Below are positions 1-10,465 of a stretch of DNA of 64,000 nt, in pieces. The notes beneath the pieces are model-generated. The model had not been told where the DNA came from. It ran no database searches and saw only the letters and a program-made list of their open reading frames with translations. The stretch covers positions 1,152,001-1,216,000 of the forward strand of contig CAXXGO010000006.1 in NCBI GenBank assembly GCA_963666835.2, given 5' to 3'. Position numbers and translations under genes: made by a program. Origin of the DNA: Phycisphaerae bacterium (GTDB lineage: Bacteria; Planctomycetota; Phycisphaerae; UBA1845). The stretch's first letter is position 1. Each line of letters opens with the position of its first letter.

Positions 1-541
1 TAAGAAACCAATCGTACAGCCGGCGGCAGCCGAGCAACGTCGAGGTCCGGTTCAGCAGACCGAACAAACCCACCGGGGGGGCGTGGAGGTCCAAGTCGTC
101 GGACTCCTGTTCGGTGAACGCCCAAGTATTCTCCGCCGCTAACAAAGACCCGACGGTTGTTTCCGGATCCGAAGGCGCCGGGGCCTCGTTAGATCGGATC
201 AGCGTAACGATACCGCCGACCCTCCGTCGAGCCTCCTCGGCAATGGTCACAAGGGAATCGTGGAATCGGCGTACACGTCGCGCATGGTGATGCCGCCTGA
301 CCGTCCAGGCGAACAACAAGGTGCCGAGGATGACCACAACACTCGCCGCAGCCGGTTTCTCGTCGATTAGCACCCACACCGCCACCGTTACCACGAAACA
401 GGCAAGTCGAGCCCAGGACCAATACGACTCCGTGCGCAGGCAAGATGCCCGGCGGCGGAGAAGGCCTGCCGTATGGCGGTCCAACCACTCGCCTCGAGCG
501 GTGTCCGCTGAACACTGCGTCTCTCGTTCGTCTGACATCAT
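1..541 (-). CDS. MutS-related ATPase family protein with N-terminal membrane segments (partial; runs off the window start)
   Basis: Not in the ORF track. Manual translation from ATG 541: MMSDERE...SWARLACFVVTVAVWVLI...DDLDLHAPPVGLFGLLNRTSTLLGCRRLYDWFL, open to position 1. The DLDL..LF.LLNRT.T..G...L..W pattern resembles the N-terminus of membrane-anchored MutS-like proteins. Confidence 0.7.
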   Translation of the reverse strand, partial: MMSDERETQCSADTARGEWLDRHTAGLLRRRASCLRTESYWSWARLACFVVTVAVWVLIDEKPAAASVVVILGTLLFAWTVRRHHHARRVRRFHDSLVTIAEEARRRVGGIVTLIRSNEAPAPSDPETTVGSLLAAENTWAFTEQESDDLDLHAPPVGLFGLLNRTSTLLGCRRLYDWFL

Positions 542-854
542 GGTGGTCGCCCCTTTGGCTGCGCCTCGCCGCCGGCGCACCGGCCATCATGGACGGTCCG
601 AGTTCGGACGCAAGTTGTGCCATTAACGGACGGAGGTCCCAGTTAGCCCCGTCTTTCCCCGCTTGCCATCGTCGCAGAGCCAGGCGTCCGTATTCGCGCG
701 CCTCGCCGGGCACTGGATGGCGAGCTGTTTCGGGAGAGGGCTCGCTAAGGGGGATGAGGTGGGACCGGTCCCCTGTCCCGGTGGTCTCCACCAGCCGCGT
801 CCTCGAGAAATCACGTGGTTTTCGATTTTTTCTTATCGGCACCCACGTTAGGGG

Positions 855-882
855 TTTACTTGCGGGCGAGCGGGGGTATACT
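855..882 (+). promoter_or_regulatory. putative sigma70 promoter for the RRM gene
   Basis: TTTACT-N16-TATACT about 170 nt upstream of ATG 1052. Confidence 0.35.
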
Positions 883-1051
883 GCGTGCGGTTGGTTCGTC
901 GAACGAGGCGCGCACGTGACGTTGGAAAACCAAGTCTGGAACGCTTTGCCTGGATCGTCTTCCTACTTTCTGGGCCGGAATGTCGGCCACTTTCACATAC
1001 GACCCTGAAAGAAAAACAGTGGGTCGAGACCACCATCGACAGGAGAATGCG

Positions 1052-1390
1052 ATGGGGAAAAAGTTGTATATCGGGAACCTCAGTTACGATGTCACCAGTG
1101 CGGATCTTGAGTCGTTGCTGGCGGCGCACGGTACCGTCCAGAGCGCGGAGGTCATCAGCGACCGGTCGACCGGGCGGAGCAAAGGGTTCGGGTTTGTGGA
1201 GATGGATTCCGAGTCGGAAGCCCAGGCGGCTATTGCGGCGTTGAACGGCCAGGAGCACGGCGGCCGGGCGCTGACTGTGAACGAGGCTAAGCCCCGCGCC
1301 CCGCGTACCGGTGGCGGTTACGGCGGTGGCGGTGGCGGTGGCTACGGCGGTGGCCGTGGCGGTGGTGGTGGTCGCAGAGACCGCTACTAG
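1052..1390 (+). CDS. RNA-binding protein (RRM domain, Gly-rich tail)
   Basis: RNP2 LYIGNL, RNP1 KGFGFVEM, GGY/RGG tail; AGGAG before ATG 1052. Confidence 0.95.
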   Translation: MGKKLYIGNLSYDVTSADLESLLAAHGTVQSAEVISDRSTGRSKGFGFVEMDSESEAQAAIAALNGQEHGGRALTVNEAKPRAPRTGGGYGGGGGGGYGGGRGGGGGRRDRY

Positions 1391-1451
1391 GACCGGCTGC
1401 TAACCCACCAAAGCCCCACTGAGCCGCCGTCTTGGCGTTGCTCGGTGGTAT

Positions 1452-1497
1452 GCGACCGACCGTCGCGGATTCGTCCCGGCGGTCGGTCGCTTTTTTG
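1452..1497 (+). terminator. intrinsic terminator
   Basis: GCGACCGACCGTCG...CGGCGGTCGGTCGC hairpin followed by a T run. Confidence 0.8.
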
Positions 1498-1623
1498 CGC
1501 CGCCAGCCAATCTGCGACACCCAGCCTACGCCAAGCCGGCACGCATCGCGCAAAGACGGCTGCAGGTTTCGTTTCTCGACCATGCCCTACACGTGCCGCC
1601 CCCCTGCAAGGAGGTCTGCGTTA

Positions 1624-2388
1624 TCAGATTCGGGTAGAACGTTGGACGCGGGCGGGTACCGGCACCAACGCCGCTGCAGGTTCCCCGGCCGGCTCGCGAG
1701 CCGGCTCGAAGTTCGCGCCGAACCCTCCGCCGAGCGGCAGCCCGGCGAGGTGGGCAAGCAGGCGAAGACCGGTCGCCACGAAAAACGCCAACGGGTGGAT
1801 TCCTCTGACCAGCTTGGCCGTCCGAAGCGATCGGAGGAACTGCTCGGGACCGTCGAAGTCGGCCATGTATTGATAACACGGTGCTATACTCAGTGACATG
1901 TGGCTGTCCGCTCCGACGTAACCGGGTAGATCATGCCGGTCTGCGAAGCGCTCCGCCTCTCGGTCGGGGCGGCGCCGGACGTTCTGGGCGTTGTTCACCT
2001 CGACGGCATCCACCAGGTGGGCGATGTCGTGGGCGCGATCGAGCAGACCGCAACTGAACGCTCGCACGAACGGGTGCGGCAGAAGCACAATCCCGCCCTG
2101 AGCGCGAATCGCCGCGGCCGTATCTTCAGCCGACATTCCCGGGGCCACCCGTTCCGTCAGAAAAAGCCCGATCAGGTGACCGTCGGTCGTCGTGATCTCC
2201 TCGCCGATGATGACCCTGGCAGACGTCATTCGCCGGAAGCGCTGGGCACCTTCGATGGTGTCGTGGTCCGTTATGGCCACGCACCCGATGTTCTCTTCCT
2301 CAACGTAACGGGCGAGCCGCTCCAGCGAGATATCACTGTCGTAGGAGTAGTCGGTGTGTAGATGAACCAGAGTTTTGATCAGACGCAC
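1624..2388 (-). CDS. PHP-domain metal-dependent phosphoesterase
   Basis: HLHT, AITDHD, GEE, PHP and GADSH motifs. Confidence 0.9.
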   Translation of the reverse strand: MRLIKTLVHLHTDYSYDSDISLERLARYVEEENIGCVAITDHDTIEGAQRFRRMTSARVIIGEEITTTDGHLIGLFLTERVAPGMSAEDTAAAIRAQGGIVLLPHPFVRAFSCGLLDRAHDIAHLVDAVEVNNAQNVRRRPDREAERFADRHDLPGYVGADSHMSLSIAPCYQYMADFDGPEQFLRSLRTAKLVRGIHPLAFFVATGLRLLAHLAGLPLGGGFGANFEPAREPAGEPAAALVPVPARVQRSTRI

Positions 2389-2591
2389 GGTCGCTTATCC
2401 CCCTCGAAACGTGCTGTCAGACACCACGCCCGGGCGCGTCCGCCCATCGTCCGCTCGGCCTGCCAACATGGGACTGTATGTTCCTCAAACGGCGTTGTCA
2501 AAGCGATCTGGGCGTCCGATAGGGTCGCGCAGGGGCTGGCAATCTGGGCTATCCCGGTGGGGTCCAGTGTCGAGTAACCAGACCACGTCCG

Positions 2592-3479
2592 CTAAGGGAC
2601 GTTTCCTGCGAGCGCGTTATCAACGAAGGCGACCAGCTTCTCGGCGTACTCGGTGGTGTAGGTGTAACCGGCGTTTACGTGGTTGCCGGGCGTCTCGATG
2701 AACTGTTTCGGCGCCGCCGCTGCTTCGAAAAGCTGCCGACCAAGGGCAATCGGAATGAGACGGTCGTCCTGGCCGTGCAGGAACAGCTTCGGGCAGTTGA
2801 TAGAGCCCACCTTGCCGGCGGAATCGTATCGGTACCGGATCAGGTACTTCACCGGTAGCAGCGGATAGTGCATGCCGCCGACATCCGCGAGACTCGTAAA
2901 CGTAGATTCGACTACCAACGCCGCCGGGGTATGACGCAGAGCCAGGTCGATTGCGACGGCTCCGCCCAATGACCTGCCGAAGATGACGAGACGTTGCGGT
3001 GGCACTGCGCGATCTTCCACCAGATACTGCCACGCGGCCTCTGCGTCCCGGTATGTACCCGTTTCGGTCGGATGCCCCTCACTTTGACCGAATCCTCGGT
3101 AGTCGAAGATCAAGACTGCGTATCCATAATGATGTAGAACGTGGATACTGTGCAAGCGATCGCCGATATTGCCCGCGTTACCATGGCAGAATAACACGGT
3201 CGCCTTCGCCTCTGGGCACGGAAGATACCATGCGGAGAGCTCCACGCCGTCTGACGTGTGCAAGGTAACCTCATCGAAACTCAAACCGACGTCCTGGGGC
3301 GTTGCGGCGATCTTGCGGTCTGGGAAGTAGATAAGATATCCCTGGAAGCAGGCCACAAGTAGACACACCCCGGCATACGTGATCAGGATGATAACAAGCA
3401 GGCGCCGAGCCGCTTTGAACAGTCTGGACCGCAGCGCCGGCTTCGAGTCCTGCTCCGTCAATGTAGGTTCGTCCGCCAT
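2592..3479 (-). CDS. alpha/beta hydrolase with N-terminal TM (ABHD13/BEM46-like)
   Basis: HGNAGN, DYRGFG, GRSLGG nucleophile elbow, HG.DD. Confidence 0.9.
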   Translation of the reverse strand: MADEPTLTEQDSKPALRSRLFKAARRLLVIILITYAGVCLLVACFQGYLIYFPDRKIAATPQDVGLSFDEVTLHTSDGVELSAWYLPCPEAKATVLFCHGNAGNIGDRLHSIHVLHHYGYAVLIFDYRGFGQSEGHPTETGTYRDAEAAWQYLVEDRAVPPQRLVIFGRSLGGAVAIDLALRHTPAALVVESTFTSLADVGGMHYPLLPVKYLIRYRYDSAGKVGSINCPKLFLHGQDDRLIPIALGRQLFEAAAAPKQFIETPGNHVNAGYTYTTEYAEKLVAFVDNALAGNVP

Positions 3480-3545
3480 GCAGCTTCACACCCGGGAGCC
3501 TGTTACCGTGTTCTTAACGGCCGCCGCCCAGCGGTGCCGACCCCA

Positions 3546-3953
3546 TTACTCGCCGGACACCAGATTCCGATTCCAGCCGGGGATTTCCACTACGATGTCC
3601 GCCGATCCGTCGGGAACCGCCCGGCAAGCCAGGCGACTGGTCGGCCGCAATCCCGGGGCATTGTCCAGTTGGTCTTCTTCCTCATCGGAAGGCTCGGTCA
3701 GTGCCTCGGTGCCCTCTCTGACAAAAACATGACACGTCGAGCAGGCGCATACTCCACCGCAGGCGTGCTCGATCGTAATCCCGTGCCCCAAGGCCACATC
3801 CAGAATGCTGCCCGGGAGGCCGTGCTCCTGGTATGGCAGAACGTCTGGGTCCACGTCCACGGTTCTATCAGCGGGGAGGAAGGTCATCCGGTACTTCCGG
3901 ACGTGCCCAGGGGCAGGCAGGTCGAGGTTCGTGTCGTTTTCGTCCACGGACAT
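3546..3953 (-). CDS. fdx: ISC-type [2Fe-2S] ferredoxin
   Basis: HACGGVCACSTCH and SRLAC; last gene of the isc operon. Confidence 0.92.
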   Translation of the reverse strand: MSVDENDTNLDLPAPGHVRKYRMTFLPADRTVDVDPDVLPYQEHGLPGSILDVALGHGITIEHACGGVCACSTCHVFVREGTEALTEPSDEEEDQLDNAPGLRPTSRLACRAVPDGSADIVVEIPGWNRNLVSGE

Positions 3954-3964
3954 GGTCCTCCACT

Positions 3965-5854
3965 TCAGTCTCCGGATGACGGAGATGCGTCGCGAGCCCG
4001 GCGGTCGTCGTCCACGTTAAGGGCCGCGGTCATGGCCGCCTCGGCCAAGGGGATCGTCATCCGATTGAACTCTTCCCGCCGGGCGTTTATTGCGCCGGCA
4101 TCATCGGATTCCGCGGCGAAGGTGCGAATCTCGTTCAGCCGGTCACTGAGCATCTGCCGTTGTTGATCTCCGATCAGATGGCCGAATTGCGCAAGCATCT
4201 GTTCCGCTTTGTTGAGGTCGAACTCGAGGGTCGTGCGAACCTCGATGAGAAAGCGGGCGTCCATGTCGTCATAAGCATACTCGAGAGATTCCCGCTCCAT
4301 CCGCGCTACTTCCTCGCGCGTAAGCCCGTGTGAAGGGATGATCTGTATACTGGCGATCTTCCCGCTGCGTTGTTCTCGGGCCGAGACGTTGAGGATCCCG
4401 TTCTGGTCGATGAGAAACGTGACCTCGATCTTCGGCAACCCGGAGGGCATCGGCGGGATGCCTTGCAGCTCGAACACGCCGAGAGAGCGGCAGTCCCGGG
4501 CGAGTTCGCGCTCGCCCTGCAGGACGTTTATCTTGACCTTGGTCTGCCCGTCCTTGAAGGTCGTGAACATCTCCGATGCCTGGCAAGGTACGCGGACGTT
4601 GGCCGGAATGAGCTTGCCCATCGCCCCGCCGAGGGTCTCGATCCCAAGTGACAATGGGGTGACGTCCAGCAGCAGTAAATCCCGTTCGTCGCCCGCCAGG
4701 ATTGACGCCTGAACGGCCGCCCCCAAAGCGACGACCTCTTCCGGATTCAGCGCCGTGTACGGGCGGCAGTTGAACACCTCCGCCACTCGCTGACGGACGT
4801 ATGGCACTCTAGTGGACCCGCCTACCATGACCACCTGGTCAATCTGATCCGGCTTCAGTTCCCCGCGGAGCATGGCCCGCGAGCACGCCGCAATCGCCCG
4901 ATCCACGAGCGGCGCTATCATCGACTCGAACTCCGCGCGGCTTATGGTCCGGCGGTAAACCCGATCCGTGCCGATGCCGACCTCCAACGACGCGGTTTCC
5001 TCGTTGCCCAGCCGCATCTTGACGTTCTCGGACAGGGTTCGGATTTGCTGCTTGATCGTCGGCGTGGTGATGTCTATTCCGAACTCGGTGCGAATCTCGC
5101 GGGCGATCAGGTCGCCGATCGTGCGGTCGAAATCATCTCCGCCCAGGTGAGTGTCTCCATCGGTAGCCAGAACCTCAAAGACCCCGTCTTCGATGGTCAG
5201 GATCGAGACGTCAAAAGTCCCGCCGCCGAGATCGAAGACCGCGATGGTGCCCTGCTTCGCGCGGTCCAAGCCGTAGGCCAGCGCCGCCGCCGTCGGTTCG
5301 TTCACTATTCGCAGCACTTCCAGCCCGGCGATCTGCCCGGCGTCCCGCGTCGCCTGCCGCTGTGCGTCGTCGAAGTGGGCGGGTACGGTAATCACCACCT
5401 TGGACACCGGGTGCCCCAAGTGGGCCTCGGCGCGGTCCCGGAGCTCCCGCAGAATCAGCGCACTGATCTCCGGGGGCGTGAACGAACGATCGCCGGCGGT
5501 CACGGCCGCGATGTCCCGTTCCGCCGAGTCGGTCTGGCGACGTTCAATGCGATAGGGCAGATAGTCGACGTCGTCGGCCAGATCGGCGAACCCCCGTCCC
5601 ATCAAACGCTTGATTGAATGGATCGTGGTCAGAGGCTTCTCGACCGCGTGGGCGCGGGCCTCGCGACCGAGCGTCACTCGGTCGCTCTGCGGGTCAAATG
5701 CGACCACCGAAGGGAGCATTGTGTCGTCAGGGCCGTCGGGTCCCGGGATCAGCCGCGGCCCGCCGTGATCGGCATAGGCAACCAGCGAGTTCGTCGTGCC
5801 CAGGTCGATGCCGACGATGACATCCGAAGAGTCAGTCAAGGTTGTGGTCTCCAT
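3965..5854 (-). CDS. hscA: Fe-S assembly Hsp70 chaperone HscA
   Basis: [34 protein letters not shown]; directly follows hscB. Confidence 0.9.
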   Translation of the reverse strand: METTTLTDSSDVIVGIDLGTTNSLVAYADHGGPRLIPGPDGPDDTMLPSVVAFDPQSDRVTLGREARAHAVEKPLTTIHSIKRLMGRGFADLADDVDYLPYRIERRQTDSAERDIAAVTAGDRSFTPPEISALILRELRDRAEAHLGHPVSKVVITVPAHFDDAQRQATRDAGQIAGLEVLRIVNEPTAAALAYGLDRAKQGTIAVFDLGGGTFDVSILTIEDGVFEVLATDGDTHLGGDDFDRTIGDLIAREIRTEFGIDITTPTIKQQIRTLSENVKMRLGNEETASLEVGIGTDRVYRRTISRAEFESMIAPLVDRAIAACSRAMLRGELKPDQIDQVVMVGGSTRVPYVRQRVAEVFNCRPYTALNPEEVVALGAAVQASILAGDERDLLLLDVTPLSLGIETLGGAMGKLIPANVRVPCQASEMFTTFKDGQTKVKINVLQGERELARDCRSLGVFELQGIPPMPSGLPKIEVTFLIDQNGILNVSAREQRSGKIASIQIIPSHGLTREEVARMERESLEYAYDDMDARFLIEVRTTLEFDLNKAEQMLAQFGHLIGDQQRQMLSDRLNEIRTFAAESDDAGAINARREEFNRMTIPLAEAAMTAALNVDDDRRARDASPSSGD

Positions 5855-6485
5855 CGTCGGCGAGCGGGTCGGCGTGTACCTCGGCCAGGATGTTGTCGAA
5901 GTACTTCACCGAGTTGATCAGTCTTCGGAACTCGGTCTTCTCGGACTCGTCCGCGTCTGTGAGCTGATCGGCGCGTTGCGCGATTATCGCCAGCGTCTCT
6001 GCCCGGCGCGCCCGGACGGTCGTACGGACGTTCGCCAATTCGGCAGGATCCTGTCGGGCGTGGGCATCTTCAATCCGCTCTCGCATAGCCATCACCTCCG
6101 CCAGCAGATTACCGGGGACATCACGGGCCTTGGCGGCGCTGGGTCCGCCGGCCAACTCCAACATGTAACCCGCTCGGCGGATGGGGTCTTTGAGCACGGT
6201 GTAAGCCTGGTTGATGTTGGCGCTGAGGCGCGTGGCCAGCACCCGGACCTCCTCCGGTTGGCTGCTGACGCGATCGGGATGGATGTTACGGGTTATCGCC
6301 CGGAAGGCGGCGGTTAACTTGCCCTCGTCGATTGCGTAAGTGCGTTCGAGGTTGAGCAGGTCGAAATAATCCGCCGTCTGCGGGGCCGGGTAGAGGGTCC
6401 GGCACCCTTCGCAGACGATGGGCGTCGCCAGATCGGCTTTGCACCTCAGGCATTTCGCCGGGATTGTGGGGGTCTCGTCGGGCAT
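5832..6485 (-). CDS. hscB: Fe-S assembly co-chaperone HscB
   Basis: N-terminal CxxC...CxxC, J-domain DYF...[18 protein letters not shown]. Confidence 0.92.
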   Translation of the reverse strand: MPDETPTIPAKCLRCKADLATPIVCEGCRTLYPAPQTADYFDLLNLERTYAIDEGKLTAAFRAITRNIHPDRVSSQPEEVRVLATRLSANINQAYTVLKDPIRRAGYMLELAGGPSAAKARDVPGNLLAEVMAMRERIEDAHARQDPAELANVRTTVRARRAETLAIIAQRADQLTDADESEKTEFRRLINSVKYFDNILAEVHADPLADDGDHNLD

Positions 6486-6492
6486 TTGTGGC

Positions 6493-6843
6493 TTACGTCG
6501 AGAAACTCGAACCGCAGCCGCAGCCTCCCGCGGCGTTGGGGTTATCGAAGACGAACCGTTTTTGCATGGTCTCTTCCACGTAGTCGATTGTCGTCCCGTT
6601 GAGGTAGAGATGACTCTTCGGGTCGCAGATGACCTCGACGCCTCGCTCTTGCCAGCGCTCGTCGTTCTCCGCGACGCTGTCGGTCAGATCCATGCCATAG
6701 CTGAACCCGCCGCAACCGCCGCCTTTCACGCTGACCCGCAGGTACACCTCGGAACCCTCTTTGCGGCCATCCGGCTGTTGGGCACGCCCTTTCTCGATGA
6801 TACTGAGGACCTCTCGGGCCGCCGCTTCGGTTAGTTTGATCAT
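6493..6843 (-). CDS. iscA: A-type Fe-S carrier IscA
   Basis: GGCGGFSY and NPNA..GCGCGSSF. Confidence 0.92.
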   Translation of the reverse strand: MIKLTEAAAREVLSIIEKGRAQQPDGRKEGSEVYLRVSVKGGGCGGFSYGMDLTDSVAENDERWQERGVEVICDPKSHLYLNGTTIDYVEETMQKRFVFDNPNAAGGCGCGSSFST

Positions 6844-6883
6844 CAGAGCCGCTCCTTATCAAACATGCCGTGACACTTCTGCG

Positions 6884-7285
6884 TCATGAGCCCGCCGGGT
6901 CCTTGCCGGTATGCTTTCGTCGGAAGTCAGTAATCGCTGCCCGAACCGCATCCTCGGCCAATACGCTGCAGTGGATCTTCACGGGCGGTAAAGCCAGTTC
7001 TTCGACGATCTCGGTGTTCTTGATATCAAGGGCCTCGTCCAGCGTCTTACCTTTAATCCACTGAGTTGCCAGCGAGCTGCTGGCGATTGCGCTTCCGCAG
7101 CCGAAGGTCTTGAACTTCGCGTCGGTAATGCGTTCGTTCTCATCCACCTGAATCTGCAGCCGTAATACGTCCCCACACTCCGGCGCGCCGACAATGCCGG
7201 TCCCCACGCTCGGCAGCGACTTATCCAGAGTTCCGACGTTCCGCGGGTTGTTGAAATGGTCTACGACCTTCTCGCTGTATGTCAT
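6884..7285 (-). CDS. iscU: Fe-S scaffold IscU
   Basis: APECGD, FGCGSAIASSS, LPPVKIHC (HscA recognition motif). Confidence 0.97.
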   Translation of the reverse strand: MTYSEKVVDHFNNPRNVGTLDKSLPSVGTGIVGAPECGDVLRLQIQVDENERITDAKFKTFGCGSAIASSSLATQWIKGKTLDEALDIKNTEIVEELALPPVKIHCSVLAEDAVRAAITDFRRKHTGKDPAGS

Positions 7286-7357
7286 CTCGGTGTCTCTCTA
7301 TCCCCGCCGGCATCCGGTACCGATCCTACTCCGGCAAGCGGCGCTGGGTACTTGTCT

Positions 7358-8569
7358 CTACGGGCTTCGCCACTCAATATCGGCCGGGTTGACTCCTTCC
7401 AACGCCATCTCGTACAGCGGGCTCATCTCCCGCAGACGTCTGACCGCCTTCACCGTTGCCGCAATCGTTCGGTCGATCTCTTCCTCCGTGGTGAATCGTC
7501 CCAGCGAGAACCTGATTGAAGTATGGGCAACGTCATCGCCCACCCCGATCCCGCGCAGAACATAGCTCGGCTCCAACGACGCGCTGGTGCAGGCACTTCC
7601 ACTACTTACCGCGATATCCTTCATGCCCAACATCAGGCTCTCTCCCTCCACGTAGAGGAAGCTGACATTGAGCGTTCCCGGCAGGCCGTGCTCCCGACTG
7701 CCGTTCATAGTGATGAAGTCCAATTTCCTCGAAAGGCCGTCCCAAAGCCGTTCCCGCAGGCTGCGCAGCCGTTCGCTCTCTGTGGTCAGCTCCGCCTTGG
7801 CGAGCTGCGCGGCGGCTCCGCACCCGACGATCCCCGGGACATTCAACGTGCCGCTCCGCATGCCACGCTCATGTCCGCCGCCGTAGATGATCGGCTGCAG
7901 GCGCACCCGCGGATTCTTCCGTCGAACATAAAGCGCCCCGACGCCTTTGGGCCCGTACATCTTGTGAGCCGAAATCGTCAACAGATCGACGCCCATTTCC
8001 CCAACATCTACCGGAATCTTCCCGACCGCCTGGGTCGCGTCCGAGTGGAAGAAGACGCCGCGATCCTTGCAGACCGCGCCGATCTCGTCCACCGGATTGA
8101 GCGTCCCGATCTCGTTGTTGGCGAACATCAACGACACCAGGATGGTGTCCGTGCGAATCGCCTCGGCAACCTGCGCGGCACTGACCCGACCGGTGCGGTC
8201 CGGCCGAAGCCACGTAACCTCAAAGCCCTCGGTTTCCAGGAACTTGCAGGGGTCCACCACCGCTTTGTGCTCAATCGGGGAAGTGATGATGTGCCGACCT
8301 TGCTCGACGTACATCCGGGCGACTCCCTGGAGAGCCGCGTTGTTTCCCTCCGTCGCTCCGCTGGTCCAGATGATCTCGTTCTCGTCGGCGCCGATCAGTT
8401 CGGCAACCTGGCGGCGCGCCCGGGTCACGGCGGCCTTGGCGGTTTCCCCGAAGCGGTGGTAGCGGCTGGCCGCATTCCCGAAGTCCTCCCTGAAATACGG
8501 GAGCATCGCGTCGAGCACGCGGGGGTCCACCGGCGTGGTTGCGTTGTTGTCGAGGTATACGAGGCTCAT
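7358..8569 (-). CDS. iscS: cysteine desulfurase IscS
   Basis: [34 protein letters not shown]; start placed at ATG 8569, overlapping the iscR stop (ATGA). Confidence 0.96.
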   Translation of the reverse strand: MSLVYLDNNATTPVDPRVLDAMLPYFREDFGNAASRYHRFGETAKAAVTRARRQVAELIGADENEIIWTSGATEGNNAALQGVARMYVEQGRHIITSPIEHKAVVDPCKFLETEGFEVTWLRPDRTGRVSAAQVAEAIRTDTILVSLMFANNEIGTLNPVDEIGAVCKDRGVFFHSDATQAVGKIPVDVGEMGVDLLTISAHKMYGPKGVGALYVRRKNPRVRLQPIIYGGGHERGMRSGTLNVPGIVGCGAAAQLAKAELTTESERLRSLRERLWDGLSRKLDFITMNGSREHGLPGTLNVSFLYVEGESLMLGMKDIAVSSGSACTSASLEPSYVLRGIGVGDDVAHTSIRFSLGRFTTEEEIDRTIAATVKAVRRLREMSPLYEMALEGVNPADIEWRSP

Positions 8570-9069
8570 CCCGACAGCTCCTTCGTGCACCCTTGTCCGG
8601 CGATCTCGGGTACTCGATCCAGGCACTCCGGGGGCACCGTTTTCAGATCGTCCGCCAGCAGTTCTGCCAGAGTTACGCTCTCAAGAAACCGCTTGAAGTG
8701 CTCGTGGATTCGACTCGCCGGCGATCGGATCGGGCAGGCCAGTTCAAGGTCGCACGGCTCGGCGGCCGAGACGTCGCCCGACAGAACGCACCTCACGAAT
8801 TGCACCTCGCCCTCCATGGCCGTAATGACCTGGTCCAAAGTGACGGCCTCCGGCGGGTTCGCCAACTGGTAGCCGCCCGCAGCGCCCCGATGGCTCTGGA
8901 CAATCTCAGCCCGAGCGAGGTCCTTCAGGACGTTCGTGAGCAATGCCTGTGGAATGTGACATTCCTCGGCCACGGTGCGGGCACTGACGACCTCACCGGA
9001 GTTTCGGGCCAAATGCGTCAAGGCGATCAAGGCGTATCCGGTCTTTTTGTTCAGGGCGAACATTATCAA
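8566..9069 (-). CDS. iscR: Rrf2-family regulator (IscR-like)
   Basis: Rrf2 HTH with RGAAGGY, three C-terminal Cys, first gene of the isc operon. Confidence 0.85.
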   Translation of the reverse strand: MIMFALNKKTGYALIALTHLARNSGEVVSARTVAEECHIPQALLTNVLKDLARAEIVQSHRGAAGGYQLANPPEAVTLDQVITAMEGEVQFVRCVLSGDVSAAEPCDLELACPIRSPASRIHEHFKRFLESVTLAELLADDLKTVPPECLDRVPEIAGQGCTKELSG

Positions 9070-9119
9070 TTTCCACTGTGCGATCCTGGCTCATTGAGCC
9101 ATTATCATCGAGCTGCTTT

Positions 9120-9148
9120 CATATAGCACTCATCAGGTACGATATCAA
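9120..9148 (-). promoter_or_regulatory. putative isc promoter overlapped by a 25-bp imperfect palindrome (candidate Rrf2 operator)
   Basis: Minus-strand TTGATA-N17-TATATG; ATATAGCAC-N7-GTACGATAT at 9121-9145. Confidence 0.5.
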
Positions 9149-9300
9149 GGATCTCGGCGACAAACCGGGGATGGGTATCGGGGCCTTGCGGAGGGCGGGG
9201 ATAGGTCGGCATCTCACGGAATAGCCGTTCACCCTTGCAAAAACTGCGAGAGTCACTATGCTCCACCGTCGGATGTCAATCGGCTGCAAGGAGGCGAGCG

Positions 9301-10098
9301 ATGCCGAAGGCTAAGCCTGGACCGGCGCTTTTCGAGTTGCTCGAAGAGGATCCCAAGCGGCCGCTTGGTGCGGCGGATAGTGTGGCCCCGAGAGCCGGGC
9401 ATAATCGATCGGATGCCGGTGGTGTCCTGCGGATGACGCCCGAATCAATCTCCAACGAGGTTGGCGGCGAGTGCTCGTCATTCATCAAGCTTGACGGCGG
9501 ATGTGTGCGGGTCTCGTTTACGAGCCTGTCGGCTGCGGTGTGTGCGTTTTGCGGATTGGTCGCGCTGCTCGGAGCCTACGAATTAGGGGGGCATTTCGGG
9601 TTCCGCCGGGGGTTCCAAAGCGGGCACGAGGCCGGTCGGGACTCGTACGCCGCCCGAACCATGGACGAGATTGAGATTGCCCGGCAGGAGGAACCGGCTA
9701 CTGATCTGGTGCGCAGCTTGCTCGCTGCCCCCAGCGGCGCCGGCCGTGAGGCGTTGTCCGGTGAGGTTGCTGACGAGGGCGATTCGGAGTCGCCGCGGTG
9801 GGTTCGTGATTTCACGTACATCGTGGCGCAGGAGTTCCGGGCGGATCGTCTGGAGGATGTCGAGCCGGCCCGCGAGTTTTTGGCCCAGCGTGGTCTGGCG
9901 ACGGCGGTTGTTCGGTTGCCCAGCGGCGCGGTTCAGTTGGTGACCACGCAGGGATACAATCATAACAACCAGACGCAGAGACGGCTGGGTGAGCAGCTCC
10001 TCCATAAGGAGCACGATATTGGGGCCGAGTACTACGCCTCGGGAGGCGGGTACCGGCTGGAAGGCTATTTCAAAACGCTCAAGAGCGATAGCTGGTAA
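9301..10098 (+). CDS. membrane-anchored hypothetical protein (C-terminus possibly SPOR-like)
   Basis: GGAGG before ATG 9301; upstream TTGCAA-N16-TATGCT; one TM segment. Confidence 0.65.
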   Translation: MPKAKPGPALFELLEEDPKRPLGAADSVAPRAGHNRSDAGGVLRMTPESISNEVGGECSSFIKLDGGCVRVSFTSLSAAVCAFCGLVALLGAYELGGHFGFRRGFQSGHEAGRDSYAARTMDEIEIARQEEPATDLVRSLLAAPSGAGREALSGEVADEGDSESPRWVRDFTYIVAQEFRADRLEDVEPAREFLAQRGLATAVVRLPSGAVQLVTTQGYNHNNQTQRRLGEQLLHKEHDIGAEYYASGGGYRLEGYFKTLKSDSW

Positions 10099-10112
10099 CG
10101 GGAGTCAATAGA

Positions 10113-10346
10113 ATGTCGATGGATAAATCGCTCAAGTCGAAGAACACACTTGAGCGGCACCGCAATGTCCTGACCCGCGCAGAGCGGATTCGGGTCATGA
10201 AAGAGACCGGGCGTTGGACGGAGGAGTCCACCGCGATAGGTTTGCCGAAGGTCGGTCACCGCAAGGCTGCAGTTGGCAAGAAGGGCAAGGCCGCCAAGGC
10301 AACTGACGCGAAGACCGACGAAAAAGCCGCTGAAGAGAAGAAGTAG
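10113..10346 (+). CDS. PVC-superphylum small basic signature protein (TIGR04137-like)
   Basis: MSMDKSLK...RNVLTRAERI...GRW.....GLPKV plus Lys-rich tail. Confidence 0.9.
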   Translation: MSMDKSLKSKNTLERHRNVLTRAERIRVMKETGRWTEESTAIGLPKVGHRKAAVGKKGKAAKATDAKTDEKAAEEKK

Positions 10347-10407
10347 CGGCGGTAGCGGGGCGGCAATCGCCCTGTGTTTATGATTCCGGTTTACCGGACT
10401 AACTAAC

Positions 10408-10439
10408 GCCGCCACGATTCTTTCGTTGGCGGCTTTTTT
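10408..10439 (+). terminator. intrinsic terminator
   Basis: GCCGCCA...TGGCGGC hairpin followed by a T run. Confidence 0.7.
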
Positions 10440-10465
10440 CGTTGTTTGCCATGGAGGTTGACGCC

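Noticed and set aside
189..1008. Overlapping ORF-track ORFs at the window start
   Set aside because: No recognisable motifs; the real gene is the minus-strand frame from 541 running off the edge
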